This document shows positions 21,894-32,870 of a stretch of DNA of 64,000 bases, piece after piece; within the stretch, counting starts at the first letter, position 1; the number at the start of each line of letters is the position of its first letter. The notes below the pieces were generated by a model, which saw only the letters and a list, made by a program, of their open reading frames with translations, was not told where the DNA came from and ran no database searches. Position numbers and translations under genes: made by a program. Origin of the DNA: an uncultured beta proteobacterium. Its GTDB lineage: Bacteria > Pseudomonadota > Gammaproteobacteria > Burkholderiales > SG8-39. The stretch lies in contig CAWHBT010000008.1 of NCBI GenBank assembly GCA_963827595.1, positions 89,640-153,639 of the forward strand. Direction: 5' to 3'.

Positions 21894-22069
21894 GCGCTTC
21901 TCCCCATGGGTTGGTCAGTTCCGCGGGCCGCGAGCCGTGGGCGGACGACGAGGGGGCGTTCCCCTCTGCTGACGAGCCTCCCGACATGCGCAATCGGTGA
22001 GGCAAGGACACCGGGCGGACCCGGAAAGGCGCGGATTATACCGGAGCGGCCGGCAGCGACGCAACGCAA

Positions 22070-22831
22070 TCAGCGGGTTGCCACCGGACCCCCGGCGCCG
22101 AGGCGCAGCCGGCGCGATTCGTACAGGCAGACACCGGCGGCGACCGAGACGTTGAGGCTCGCCACCTGGCCAAGCATCGGGATCCGGAGCACGCGGTCGC
22201 AGCGCTCCCGGGTCAGCCGCCGCAGCCCCTCGCCCTCGGCGCCGAGCACCCAGGCGACGGCGCCCGGCAGCGCCACGCCGTAGAGATCCTCGTCCGCGTC
22301 GTGTGCCGTCCCGATCACCCACACGTCCCGCTCCTTCAGCACATCCAGCGTGCGCGCGAGGTTCGTGACCGCCACGAGCGGCATCGATTCGGCCGCGCCG
22401 GCGGCGACCTTGGCGACCGTCGGCGAGAGGCCCGCGCTGCGGTCCTTAGGGACGATGACGGCGTGGGCCCCCGCCGCGTCGGCAACGCGCAGGCACGCGC
22501 CCAGGTTGTGCGGGTCGGTCACCCCGTCGAGGACCAGGAGCAGCGGCGGCTCCTGCAGGCGGTCGAGGATCGTCTCCAGGTCGGCACGCTCGTCCCGGGG
22601 TTGCACGCGGGCCACGATCCCCTGATGCCGGCCTCCCCCGTAGAAGCCGTCGAGACGGCGGGCCGGCACCCGGATCACCCGGACGCCTTTCGCTTCCGCC
22701 GCCGACAACACGTTCTCGATCCGGGCGTCGTGGCGCGTCTCGTCGGCCAGGATCTCGATCACCGATGCCGGTTCGGCGCGCAGCCGCGCCGCGATCGCGT
22801 GGAACCCGATCAGGACCCGCGCCTCCTTCAT
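22070..22831 (-). CDS. rlmB: 23S rRNA (guanosine-2'-O)-methyltransferase RlmB
   Basis: SpoU-class C-terminal knot motifs LVLDGVTDPHNLGACLR, WVLGAEGEGL and IPMLGQVASLNVSVAAG. Start MKEARVL overlaps the rnr stop (ATGA). Confidence 0.88.
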   Translation of the reverse strand: MKEARVLIGFHAIAARLRAEPASVIEILADETRHDARIENVLSAAEAKGVRVIRVPARRLDGFYGGGRHQGIVARVQPRDERADLETILDRLQEPPLLLVLDGVTDPHNLGACLRVADAAGAHAVIVPKDRSAGLSPTVAKVAAGAAESMPLVAVTNLARTLDVLKERDVWVIGTAHDADEDLYGVALPGAVAWVLGAEGEGLRRLTRERCDRVLRIPMLGQVASLNVSVAAGVCLYESRRLRLGAGGPVATR

Positions 22832-25032
22832 GCGAGGACGAAGTCGAGGCGCGCGAGCTCGAGGTCGACGCGTGCGACGCGCACGCGGACGCGGTCGGCG
22901 AGCCGGAACGTGCGCTTCGTCCGGTCCCCGCGCAGCAGATGGCCGACCGGGTCGAACTGGAAGTAGTCGTTGCCGAGCTCCGAGATGTGCACCAGCCCGT
23001 CGATGGCGATGTCGTCGAGCGCGACGAAGATGCCGAAGCCGGTCACGGCGCTGATGCTGCCCTCGAACTCGTCCCCGACCCGATCCCGCATGTAGTAGCA
23101 CTTCAGCCACGCGTGCACGTCGCGCGAGGCGTCGTCGGCGCGCCGCTCGGTCATCGAGCAATGCAGGCCGAGCGCTTCCCAGCCGCCGGGATCGTAGACG
23201 CCTCCAGAGAGCGCCGCCATGATCGCGCGATGGATCACGAGATCCGGATAGCGGCGGATCGGCGACGTAAAGTGCGTGTAGGCCTCGTAGGCGAGGCCGA
23301 AATGGCCGACGTTCTCGGGACTGTAGACCGCCTGCTGCAGCGACCGGAGGAGCACGGTCTGCAGCAGCTGCATGTCGGGCCGCTTCTTGATCTGCTCGAG
23401 GAGGCGCGCGTAGTCACGGGCGTGCGGCGCGGCGCCGCCCCCGAGCTGTAGCCCGAAGCTCTTGAGGAACGTGCGCAGGGCGTCGAGCTTTTCCGGCGTC
23501 GGGCCTTCGTGCACCCGGTAGAGCGCCGCGTGCTTGCGGCGCTGGAGGAAGTCCGAGGCGCAGACGTTCGCCGCCAGCATGCACTCCTCGATCAGGCGGT
23601 GCGCGTCGTTCCGCGGCGCCGGGCGGATCCGCGCGATCTTGCCCTGCGCGTCGAAGTCGATTTCGCTCTCGATCGTCTCGAAATCGATCGCGCCGCGCCG
23701 GCCGCGCGCGGTGAGCAGCGCGCGGAACACCTGATCGAGCAGCTGGAGCCGCGCGAGCCGCGGCTCGACCTCGGCCCCGATCTGCGCCGGTTTCTCGTAG
23801 AGCGCACGGGCCACCTGCGTGTAGGTGAGCCGGGCCTGCGAACGGATGGCGGCCGGGTAGAACTCGTAGCGCTCGATCTCCCCGCGCGCCGTGATCGCCA
23901 TGTCGCACACCATCGCCAGCCGGTCCTCGTTCGGGTTGAGCGAGCACAGCCCGTTCGAGAGCTTCTCCGGCAGCATCGGGATCACGCGGCGCGGGAAGTA
24001 GACCGAGTTGCCGCGCTCGCGGGCGCCCAGGTCGAGCGCGTCACCCGGGCGCACGTAGTGGCCGACGTCGGCGATCGCGACCAGCAGCCGGAAACCCTTC
24101 CCCGCCGCCTCGCAATGGACGGCGTCGTCGAAGTCCTTCGCGGTCTCGCCGTCGATCGTCACGAAAGCGAGCTCGCGGAGGTCGCGGCGACCCTTCAGGT
24201 CCGCCTCGCGCACCGCCGCCGGAAGACGCGCCGCGAGCCGCGCCGCTTCCGGCGAGAACTCGAACGGCAGGTCGTGCTTGCGGAGCGCGATCTCGATCTC
24301 CATTCCGGGATCGCCGACCTCGCCGAGGACCTCGACGATCCGGCCGATGGGCTGAGCGTGCGCGGCCGGCGGCACGACGATCTCCGCGGTGACGACCTGG
24401 CCGGGCTTGGCGCGCCCGGTCGCGCCCGGCTCGATCAGGATGTCGTGCTGGATGCGCCGATCGGTCGCGACCACGAACGCGACGCCGTGCTCCACGTTCA
24501 GCCGCCCGACGATGCGCTTGTGCGCGCGTTCCAGGACCTCGACGATCCGCGCCTCGCGCCGCCCGCGGCGGTCGAGACCACCCGGCTGCACGAGCACGCG
24601 GTCGCCGTGCATGACGGGCCGCATCTCGGCCGGCGGAAGATAGAGGCTCTCGCCGCCTCCGTCCGGGACGACAAACCCGTGTCCATCCGGATGCGCCTCG
24701 ACGCGGCCGCCGATGACGGCGACCCGCTGGGCCACCAGGATCGCGCCCTTGCGGTTGCGCAGGATCTGGCCGTCGCGCTCCATGGCGGCGAGCCGGCGGC
24801 CGAACACCTCGAGCGCCCCGCGCGCGACCCCGACCAGCGTCGCGAGCCGTCGTTCGTCGACCGGAACCGCCTCGGCTTCAAGCGTCTGCAGGATGAACTC
24901 GCGACTCGGCAGCGGCACGGCATACCGCTCGGCCTCGCGCGCGGAGAAGGGGTCGGCAGCCCGGCGCGCCGGGTGAGCCGTGCGGCGGGGCTCGCCGCCC
25001 GATGCGCGCGTGCGCGAACGACGGGTCTTCAT
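22828..25032 (-). CDS. rnr: Ribonuclease R
   Basis: 734 aa. RNB catalytic region FVTIDGETAKDFDDAVH and YFPRRVIPMLPEKLSN, with a C-terminal S1 domain. Confidence 0.93.
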   Translation of the reverse strand: MKTRRSRTRASGGEPRRTAHPARRAADPFSAREAERYAVPLPSREFILQTLEAEAVPVDERRLATLVGVARGALEVFGRRLAAMERDGQILRNRKGAILVAQRVAVIGGRVEAHPDGHGFVVPDGGGESLYLPPAEMRPVMHGDRVLVQPGGLDRRGRREARIVEVLERAHKRIVGRLNVEHGVAFVVATDRRIQHDILIEPGATGRAKPGQVVTAEIVVPPAAHAQPIGRIVEVLGEVGDPGMEIEIALRKHDLPFEFSPEAARLAARLPAAVREADLKGRRDLRELAFVTIDGETAKDFDDAVHCEAAGKGFRLLVAIADVGHYVRPGDALDLGARERGNSVYFPRRVIPMLPEKLSNGLCSLNPNEDRLAMVCDMAITARGEIERYEFYPAAIRSQARLTYTQVARALYEKPAQIGAEVEPRLARLQLLDQVFRALLTARGRRGAIDFETIESEIDFDAQGKIARIRPAPRNDAHRLIEECMLAANVCASDFLQRRKHAALYRVHEGPTPEKLDALRTFLKSFGLQLGGGAAPHARDYARLLEQIKKRPDMQLLQTVLLRSLQQAVYSPENVGHFGLAYEAYTHFTSPIRRYPDLVIHRAIMAALSGGVYDPGGWEALGLHCSMTERRADDASRDVHAWLKCYYMRDRVGDEFEGSISAVTGFGIFVALDDIAIDGLVHISELGNDYFQFDPVGHLLRGDRTKRTFRLADRVRVRVARVDLELARLDFVLA

Positions 25033-25060
25033 TGAACGGCCTTTCCGATTGCTCTAGAAT
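25032..25060 (+). promoter_or_regulatory. tRNA-Leu promoter
   Basis: TTGAAC (25032-25037), 17-nt spacer, TAGAAT (25055-25060), then GC-rich discriminator CCGCGCC. The mature tRNA 5' end is 12 nt after the -10 box. Confidence 0.7.
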
Positions 25061-25070
25061 CCGCGCCTCG

Positions 25071-25158
<88 letters not shown>

Positions 25159-25190
25159 CGCGCGGTCTCGGGAGCGGCGCGGCATCCCGG

Positions 25191-26522
<1,332 letters not shown>

Positions 26523-26532
26523 TCATCGGCAG

Positions 26533-27688
26533 CTAGAGCTTCTCGACCTCCCATTTGTCCCCGCGCCGCACCAGCCGCCGGTCGCACCCGAGCTCGGCGC
26601 GCTGCGCCGCGTGCCCGGGCAGCTCCACGACCACGACCTCGCCCTTCCGGCGCAGCTCGCTCGATCGCCACGCGCAAGGCGGCATCGTCGCCGTGCGGCG
26701 CGAGGACCGAGCCGCGGCGCGCGAGGCCCGGCGCGACCCGAGCGAGCTCGCGCAGATCCAGCGAGAACCCGGTCGCCGGCCGGGCGCGGCCGAACGCCTT
26801 CCCGACCTCGTCGTAGCGGCCGCCGAGCGCGATCGCGCTCGCGAAGCCCGTCGCAATACGCCGCGAACACGACACCGCTGTGGTAATAGTAGCCGCGCAG
26901 GTCGGCGAGGTCGATGCTCATCGCGATGCCGTTCTCGCGCACCAGTCGCCCGAGATCGGCGAGCGCGGCAGCGATCTCCGGGTAGCGGCGGGAGCGCGGC
27001 CGCCGCCCGCTCCAGCACTTCGGCGCCGCCGTACAGCTCTGGCAGCAGCCGGAGCGCGTCGCGCGTTCCGGCGTCGAGGCCGGCGCTGAGCGCGGCGAGC
27101 CCGGCGCGGTCCTTCGCGACCAGGGCCTCGAGCAGCTCGGACTCCAGCGCCGCGTCCACCCCGCCGCGGCGCGCCACCGCCCGGAACACGCCGACGTGCC
27201 CGACATCCAGGCGAACGTCCGCGAGGCCGCACGCCGCGAGCGCCGCGCGCAGCAGCTGCTGGATCTCGATGTCGCTTTCGATGCCCGGCGTGGCCGTAGA
27301 TCTCGGCGCCGATCTGCAGCGGTTCACGCGTCGCCGTCAGGCTGCGCGGCCGCGTGTGCAGGATGCTGCCGCAGTAGCACAGCCGCGCGACGCCGTCGCG
27401 GTTGAGGAGGTGGGCATCGATCCGTGCGACCTGGGGCGTCATGTCCGCCCGCAGCCCCATCGTGCGTCCGGAGAGCTGGTCGATCAGCTTGAACGTGCGC
27501 AGATCGAGGTCGTGGCCGGTGCCGCTGAGCAGCGATTCGATGTGCTCGAGCAGCGGCGGGACGACCAGCTCGTAGCCGTGCACCCGGAACAGCTCGAGCA
27601 GGCGCGACCGGTAGGTCTCGATCGCGCGCGCCTCGTCGGGCAGCACGTCCTCCACGAACTCGGGGAGCAGCCAGTTGCGCATCGCCAC
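26533..27688 (-). pseudogene. hisZ: ATP phosphoribosyltransferase regulatory subunit HisZ, split by four frame shifts as assembled
   Basis: HisZ-like sequence continues across frames in five pieces. (1) [17 protein letters not shown]...[15 protein letters not shown]. (2) [11 protein letters not shown]...[18 protein letters not shown]. (3) [14 protein letters not shown]...[22 protein letters not shown]. (4) [34 protein letters not shown]...AALRVAIE. (5) [16 protein letters not shown]...KWEVEKL. Span is 1156 nt, which is 3n+1. Confidence 0.88.
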
Positions 27689-27700
27689 CCCGGGCGCGCG

Positions 27701-27886
27701 CTAGGCGCGCGCGATGGCGACGAGCGCGAGGCCCGCCGCGAGCGACGCGAGGCCGAAGAATCGGATCTGGCCGTCGCTGAACTGCAGGATGCGGCGGAAC
27801 GTCTCGCGCCACAGCGCCGGCGCGAGGAGCGGCAGGAGACCCTCGATCACCAGCATCAGCCCGAACGCCATCAGGACCGTGCTCAA
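27701..27886 (-). CDS. DUF2065-like small membrane protein
   Basis: MAFGLMLVIEGLLPLLAPALWRETFRRI... is the typical small two-TM protein found after hflC. TTG 27886 lies 4 nt after the hflC stop; ATG 27871 is an alternative start. Confidence 0.65.
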   Translation of the reverse strand: MSTVLMAFGLMLVIEGLLPLLAPALWRETFRRILQFSDGQIRFFGLASLAAGLALVAIARA

Positions 27887-27890
27887 CGCG

Positions 27891-28781
27891 TCACCGGCCG
27901 GCGCCGGCCGCTCGCCCGCCGGGGGTCTTGAGGTACCTGAAGAACTCGGAGCCCGGTTCCAGCACGAGCACATCCGCGCGGCTGCGGAAGCTCGCCCGGT
28001 AGGCTTCGAGGCTGCGGTAAAAGGAGTAGAACTCCGGATTCTCGTTGAACGCCTTGGCGTAGATCGCCGCCGCCCGGGCGTCGCCCTCCCCTTTCACCCG
28101 CTGCGCGTCGCGGTAGGCCTCGGCGACGATGACTTCGCGGTCCTTGTCGGCCTCGGCGCGGATCTTCTCCGCCTCCCCGGCGCCCTGCGACCGCAGCTGG
28201 CTCGCCACCGCGCGGCGCTCCGCTTCCATCCGCCGATACACCGCCTCGCTGACGTCAGCCGGCAACTCGACGCGCTTCAGGCGCACGTCGACGATCTGCA
28301 CGCCGAGCGGCTTCGCGTCCTGGATCACCTTCTCGCGCACATCCTGCATGATCCTCTCGCGCTCCGTCGAGACGACCTCCTGCACGCTGCGCTTGCCGAT
28401 CTCCTCGCGCAGGACGGAGTTGACGATCTGCGTGAGCCGCGAGCGGGCGCGCGCCTCGTCGCCCGTGACCGAGATGTAGTACTGCCGCACGTCGGAGATC
28501 CGCCACTTCACGAACGCGTCGACCAGCAGGTTCTTCTTCTCCGAGGTGACGAAGCGCTCCGTGTCCGGGTCGTCGATCGTCAGGATGCGCTTGTCGAAGT
28601 AGCGCACGTTCTGGATCAGGGGCCACTTGGTCCGCAGTCCGGGTTCGGTGATCACTTCCTTGATCTCGCCGAGCTGGAACACGATCGCGCTCTCGCGCTG
28701 GTCGACCGTGAAGAGCGCCAGGCTTGCGAGCACCGCCGCGACGAGCAGCGCCCCGATGATCGCGCCGAGACCGGTTCTCAT
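27891..28781 (-). CDS. hflC: Protease modulator HflC (SPFH/band-7)
   Basis: 296 aa. N-terminal TM segment followed by an SPFH domain. Overlaps the hflK end (ATGA-type junction). Confidence 0.92.
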   Translation of the reverse strand: MRTGLGAIIGALLVAAVLASLALFTVDQRESAIVFQLGEIKEVITEPGLRTKWPLIQNVRYFDKRILTIDDPDTERFVTSEKKNLLVDAFVKWRISDVRQYYISVTGDEARARSRLTQIVNSVLREEIGKRSVQEVVSTERERIMQDVREKVIQDAKPLGVQIVDVRLKRVELPADVSEAVYRRMEAERRAVASQLRSQGAGEAEKIRAEADKDREVIVAEAYRDAQRVKGEGDARAAAIYAKAFNENPEFYSFYRSLEAYRASFRSRADVLVLEPGSEFFRYLKTPGGRAAGAGR

Positions 28782-29969
28782 TGCCGCGACTCCCGGTCGC
28801 GCGCCCGCAGCGAGTCACGCGAGCGACCCGAGGCCTCGGGCGCCGGCGTCTCGGAGGGCGACGGCTTCGCCGTGGCCATGTCGTCCGCAACCCCGGCGGC
28901 GGACAGCTGCAGGATCTTGTCGAGCGGGAGGAACAGGATGTTGCCGCCCGACTTGGCGTCGATCATGACCTTGCTCGTGCTGGTCATGATCTGCTGCACC
29001 GTCTCCAGGTACATCCGCTCGCGCGTCACCGCGGGGGCGCGGCTGTACTCCGTGAGGATCTGCCGGAAGCGCGACGCCTCGCCTTCCGCGTACGCGATGA
29101 CCCGCTGGCGGTAGCCGTTCGACTCCTCGATGAGGCGCGAAGCGGTGCCGCGGGCCTTCGGAACGACGTCGTTGTAGTAGGCCTGGCCTTCGTTCTTCAG
29201 GCGCTCCTGGTCCTGGTTCGCCTTCACTGCGTCGTCGAACGCCGCCTGCACCTGCTCCGGCGGCTGGGCGTTCTGCATCGTCACCTTGCTGATCAGGATC
29301 GCCGGTCTCGTAGCGGTCGAGGATGTTCTGCATCAGATCCTCGGCGCGCGCGGCGATCTCCTGGCGCCCTTCGTAGAGCACGAAGTCCATCGTCGACTTG
29401 CCGACGATCTCGCGGAAAGCGGTCTCGGCGACCTGCATCACGGTCTCGTCGGGTCGCCGCATGTTGAAGAGATAGTCCTCGGGGTCCTTGATCGTGTACT
29501 GGACCGCGAACTGGATGTCGACGATGTTCTCGTCGTTGGTCAGCGTCAGCGCTTCGCGCAGGACCTTCGACTTCACGTTGTTCCGGTAGCCGACCTCGAT
29601 CGTCCGGACCTGGGAGATGTTGACCACTTCGTTTGACTGGATCGGATACGGCAGCCGCCAGCGCAGGCCCGGCTCGGTGGTCTGCGTGTACTTGCCGAAG
29701 GTCAGCACGACGCCGCGCGAGCTCGCATCGACGATGTAGAAGCCGCTCGCGAGCCATACGACGAGCACCAGCACCACGAGCAGCCCGACGCCGCCGCCGA
29801 GCTGGCGAAAGCTGGGCGGCTCGGCGCCGCCGCCGCCGCCGCGCCGGCCGAAGATCGTCGCGAGCCGCTGGTTGAAGTTGCGCCAGAGCTCGTCGAGGTC
29901 GGGTGGCCCCTGGTTGCCGCCGCCACCACCGCCCCCGCGGCGGCCCCATTGCGGGTCGTTAAGTGACAT
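28778..29969 (-). pseudogene. hflK: Protease modulator HflK, one frame shift as assembled
   Basis: N-terminal frame: MSLNDPQWGRRGGGGGGG...SPFH...LMQNILDRYETG. C-terminal frame: ILISKVTMQNAQPPEQVQAAFDDAVKANQDQERL... They join at about 29297-29306 (GGC G ATC CTG ATC). Span is 3n+1. Confidence 0.88.
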
Positions 29970-29980
29970 GCGCGTCCTTC

Positions 29981-31159
29981 TCAAGTGACATGCGCGTGCT
30001 TCGCATGCCCCGGTTCAGTTGCGAGTCGTCGGGATTCGGCCTTCGAGGCCGCCGCCTCGGCGAGCGCCTGGCGTAGCGCGTCCAGACCTGCGCCCGTCCG
30101 GGCGCTCAATCGAACGCGGGCGATGCTACCACAGTCGTCGCGATCGATTCCCGGCCCGACGCCGTTCAGGTCGATCTTGTTCCAGACCAGGAGCTGGGGG
30201 ATCGCCTGCGCGCCGATCTCTTCCAGCACCCGGTTGACCTCGTCGATCTGCCGATCGCGCGTCGCGCTCGAGGCGTCGACGACGTGGAGCAGCAGGTCGG
30301 CGTGCACCGTCTCCTCGAGCGTGGCGCGGAACGCGGCCACCAGCGTGTGCGGCAGGCCGCGGATGAACCCGACCGTGTCGGAGAGCGTGATCTGGCCGAG
30401 CGCCGGCAGGTAGAGACGCCGCGTGGTGGTATCGACGGTCGCGAACAGCCGGTCGGCGGTGTACGCGCCCGCGTGTGTGAGCGCGTTGAAGAGCGTCGAC
30501 TTGCCGGCGTTCGTGTAGCCGACGAGCGAGAGCGCGAGCACCTCGCCGCGGGCGCGCGCGCGCCGCTGCACGGTCCGCTGGCGCTCGAGGCGGGCGAGGC
30601 GCGTCCTGAGGACTTTCACGCGCCGCCCGATCAGCCGCCGGTCGGTCTCGAGTTGGGTCTCGCCCGGGCCGCGCAACCCGATGCCGCCCTTCTGCCGCTC
30701 CAGGTGGGTCCAGCCGCGCACCAGCCGGGTCGACTGGTGCTGCAGCTGCGCGAGCTCCACCTGCACCTTGCCTTCGTGCGAGCTCGCCCGCTGCGCGAAG
30801 ATGTCGAGGATCAGGCTGGTCCGGTCGACCACGCGGCAGCCGACGGCGCGCTCGAGATTGCGTTGCTGCGCGGGCGAGAGCTCGTGATTGAAGATCACGA
30901 CCGACGCGCCGGTCGCCACCCGAACGCGCGCCAGCTCGTCGACCTTGCCCGAGCCGGCGAAGAGGGCCGGGTCGGGACGGCTCCGCCGCCCTTCGATGAC
31001 CGCGAGCACGCGCGCGCCGGCGCTCGCGACGAGCGCCTCGAGCTCGGTGCGGCTGGCGGCGTGGTCGTCGCGGCCGAAGTCGAGCGCGACCAGAACGGCG
31101 CCTTCGGACGCCGCGCCGTTCGCGCGCTCGGCGCGCGCGGGGAACGCGCCGGCCGCCAC
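29981..31159 (-). CDS. hflX: GTPase HflX
   Basis: G motifs GYTNAGKSTLFN, DTVGF and NKID; 392 aa; position after hfq. Confidence 0.93.
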   Translation of the reverse strand: MAAGAFPARAERANGAASEGAVLVALDFGRDDHAASRTELEALVASAGARVLAVIEGRRSRPDPALFAGSGKVDELARVRVATGASVVIFNHELSPAQQRNLERAVGCRVVDRTSLILDIFAQRASSHEGKVQVELAQLQHQSTRLVRGWTHLERQKGGIGLRGPGETQLETDRRLIGRRVKVLRTRLARLERQRTVQRRARARGEVLALSLVGYTNAGKSTLFNALTHAGAYTADRLFATVDTTTRRLYLPALGQITLSDTVGFIRGLPHTLVAAFRATLEETVHADLLLHVVDASSATRDRQIDEVNRVLEEIGAQAIPQLLVWNKIDLNGVGPGIDRDDCGSIARVRLSARTGAGLDALRQALAEAAASKAESRRLATEPGHAKHAHVT

Positions 31160-31172
31160 TACTTGCGGAACA

Positions 31173-31418
31173 TCAGGAGTCGCCGCCGTGGTCCAGGCTG
31201 AGGTTGACCGGCCGCGACGGGACCACGGTGGAAATGGCGTGCTTGTACACCATCTGGGTCACGGTGTTTTTGAGCAACACGACGTACTGGTCGAACGACT
31301 CGATCTGGCCCTGGAGCTTGATGCCGTTGACGAGGTAGATCGAGACCGGGATGTGCTCCTTGCGCAGCGTGTTGAGGAAGGGGTCTTGTAGTAGTTGGCC
31401 CTTGTTGCTCATGATCAC
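31173..31418 (-). CDS. hfq: RNA chaperone Hfq
   Basis: [58 protein letters not shown]. Confidence 0.98.
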   Translation of the reverse strand: MIMSNKGQLLQDPFLNTLRKEHIPVSIYLVNGIKLQGQIESFDQYVVLLKNTVTQMVYKHAISTVVPSRPVNLSLDHGGDS

Positions 31419-31517
31419 TCCGGTGTTTAGTTTTTTGGCAGCCTACTTTAGCGCGTTTCCGGGGCGGGTGCCATCCGGGCCGGCGCCGTTCCCCTTCAAC
31501 CATAAGGACTATTGCAA

Positions 31518-32849
31518 CTATTGCCGTACGTAGGGGTTCCTCCCGGTGCGGAACTCGATCCGGAGCGGCGTGCCGACCAGGCCGAAGGTCTTGCGGAACG
31601 CGCCCTCGAGGTACCGGCGGTAGCTCGCGGGCACCGCGTCGAGCGCGCTGCCGTGCACGACGATGATCGGCGGGTTGCGCCCGCCCTGATGCGCGTAGCG
31701 GAGCTTCGGGCGGCTCAGCCCGGAGCGCGGCGGCGCCTGCCGCGCGACGGCGTCGATCAGCGTGCGGGTGAGCCGCGGGGTAGCGAGCTTCGTCATCGCC
31801 GCGCGATAGGCCTCGTCCACCGACGCCATCAGCGGGCGCAGGCCGTCGCCCTGCAACGCCGACACGAAGATCACGCGCGCGAACGCGAGGAAGCCGAGCT
31901 TGCGCTCGAGCGTGCGTTTGGCGGCGTCGCGCGCGTAGCCGTCGAGGCCGTCCCATTTGTTCGCGGCGACGACGAGCGCCCGCCCGCGCTCGAGCACGTA
32001 ACCGGCGATGTGGGCGTCCTGGTCGGCGACTCCCTCGGCGGCGTCGACGACGAGAATCGCGACGTTGGCGCGGTCGATCGCCTGCATCGTCTTCACCACC
32101 GAGAACTTCTCGACCGCCTCGAAGACGCGGCCGCGCCGCCGGACGCCGGCCGTGTCCACGAGGACGTAGCGTCGGCCGGCGTGCTCGAACGGGACTTCGA
32201 TCGCGTCGCGGGTCGTGCCGGGCGTCGCGGACACGATCATGCGGTCCTCGCCGAGCAGGCGGTTGACGAGCGTGGACTTGCCGACGTTCGGGCGGCCGAC
32301 GACCGCGATCCGCGGCCCGTCCTCGTCGTGCGGCGCGTCGTCGTCCGGGGGCGGTTCGGGGAGCTCGTCGAGGACGGCGTCGATCAGCTCGCGCACCCCC
32401 TCGTCGTGCGCCGCGGCGATCGCGTGCGGGGTGCCGAGTCCGAGCTCGTGGAACTCCGCCGTCGCGATCGCGGCGTCCATGCCCTCGGTCTTGTTGACCA
32501 CCAGCCAGACGCGCGCCCGCGCTTTCCGCAGCTCGGCGGCGATGCGTAGATCCTGCGGCGCCACGCCGTCGCGAGCGTCGACCACGAACAGGATGGCGTC
32601 GGCCTCCGCGACCGCGGCCAGGGTTTGCTTGGCCATCTCGCCGAGCAGCCCGTCCCGCGCCACGGGCTCGAGCCCGCCGGTGTCGACCGCGAAGTACGGC
32701 CGCCCGCCGACCCGCCCGTCCCCGTAGTGGCGATCGCGAGTCAGGCCGGGCAAGTCGGCGACCAGCGCGTTGCGCGAGCGCGTGAGGCGGTTGAACAGGG
32801 TCGACTTGCCGACGTTCGGCCGGCCGACGATGACGATGGTGGGCTTCAC
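31518..32849 (-). CDS. der: Ribosome-associated GTPase Der (EngA)
   Basis: Two tandem G domains, [12 protein letters not shown] and [12 protein letters not shown], plus a KH-like C-terminus. Confidence 0.96.
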   Translation of the reverse strand: MKPTIVIVGRPNVGKSTLFNRLTRSRNALVADLPGLTRDRHYGDGRVGGRPYFAVDTGGLEPVARDGLLGEMAKQTLAAVAEADAILFVVDARDGVAPQDLRIAAELRKARARVWLVVNKTEGMDAAIATAEFHELGLGTPHAIAAAHDEGVRELIDAVLDELPEPPPDDDAPHDEDGPRIAVVGRPNVGKSTLVNRLLGEDRMIVSATPGTTRDAIEVPFEHAGRRYVLVDTAGVRRRGRVFEAVEKFSVVKTMQAIDRANVAILVVDAAEGVADQDAHIAGYVLERGRALVVAANKWDGLDGYARDAAKRTLERKLGFLAFARVIFVSALQGDGLRPLMASVDEAYRAAMTKLATPRLTRTLIDAVARQAPPRSGLSRPKLRYAHQGGRNPPIIVVHGSALDAVPASYRRYLEGAFRKTFGLVGTPLRIEFRTGRNPYVRQ

Positions 32850-32870
32850 TGCTGGGAACCGCGGCCAGCG

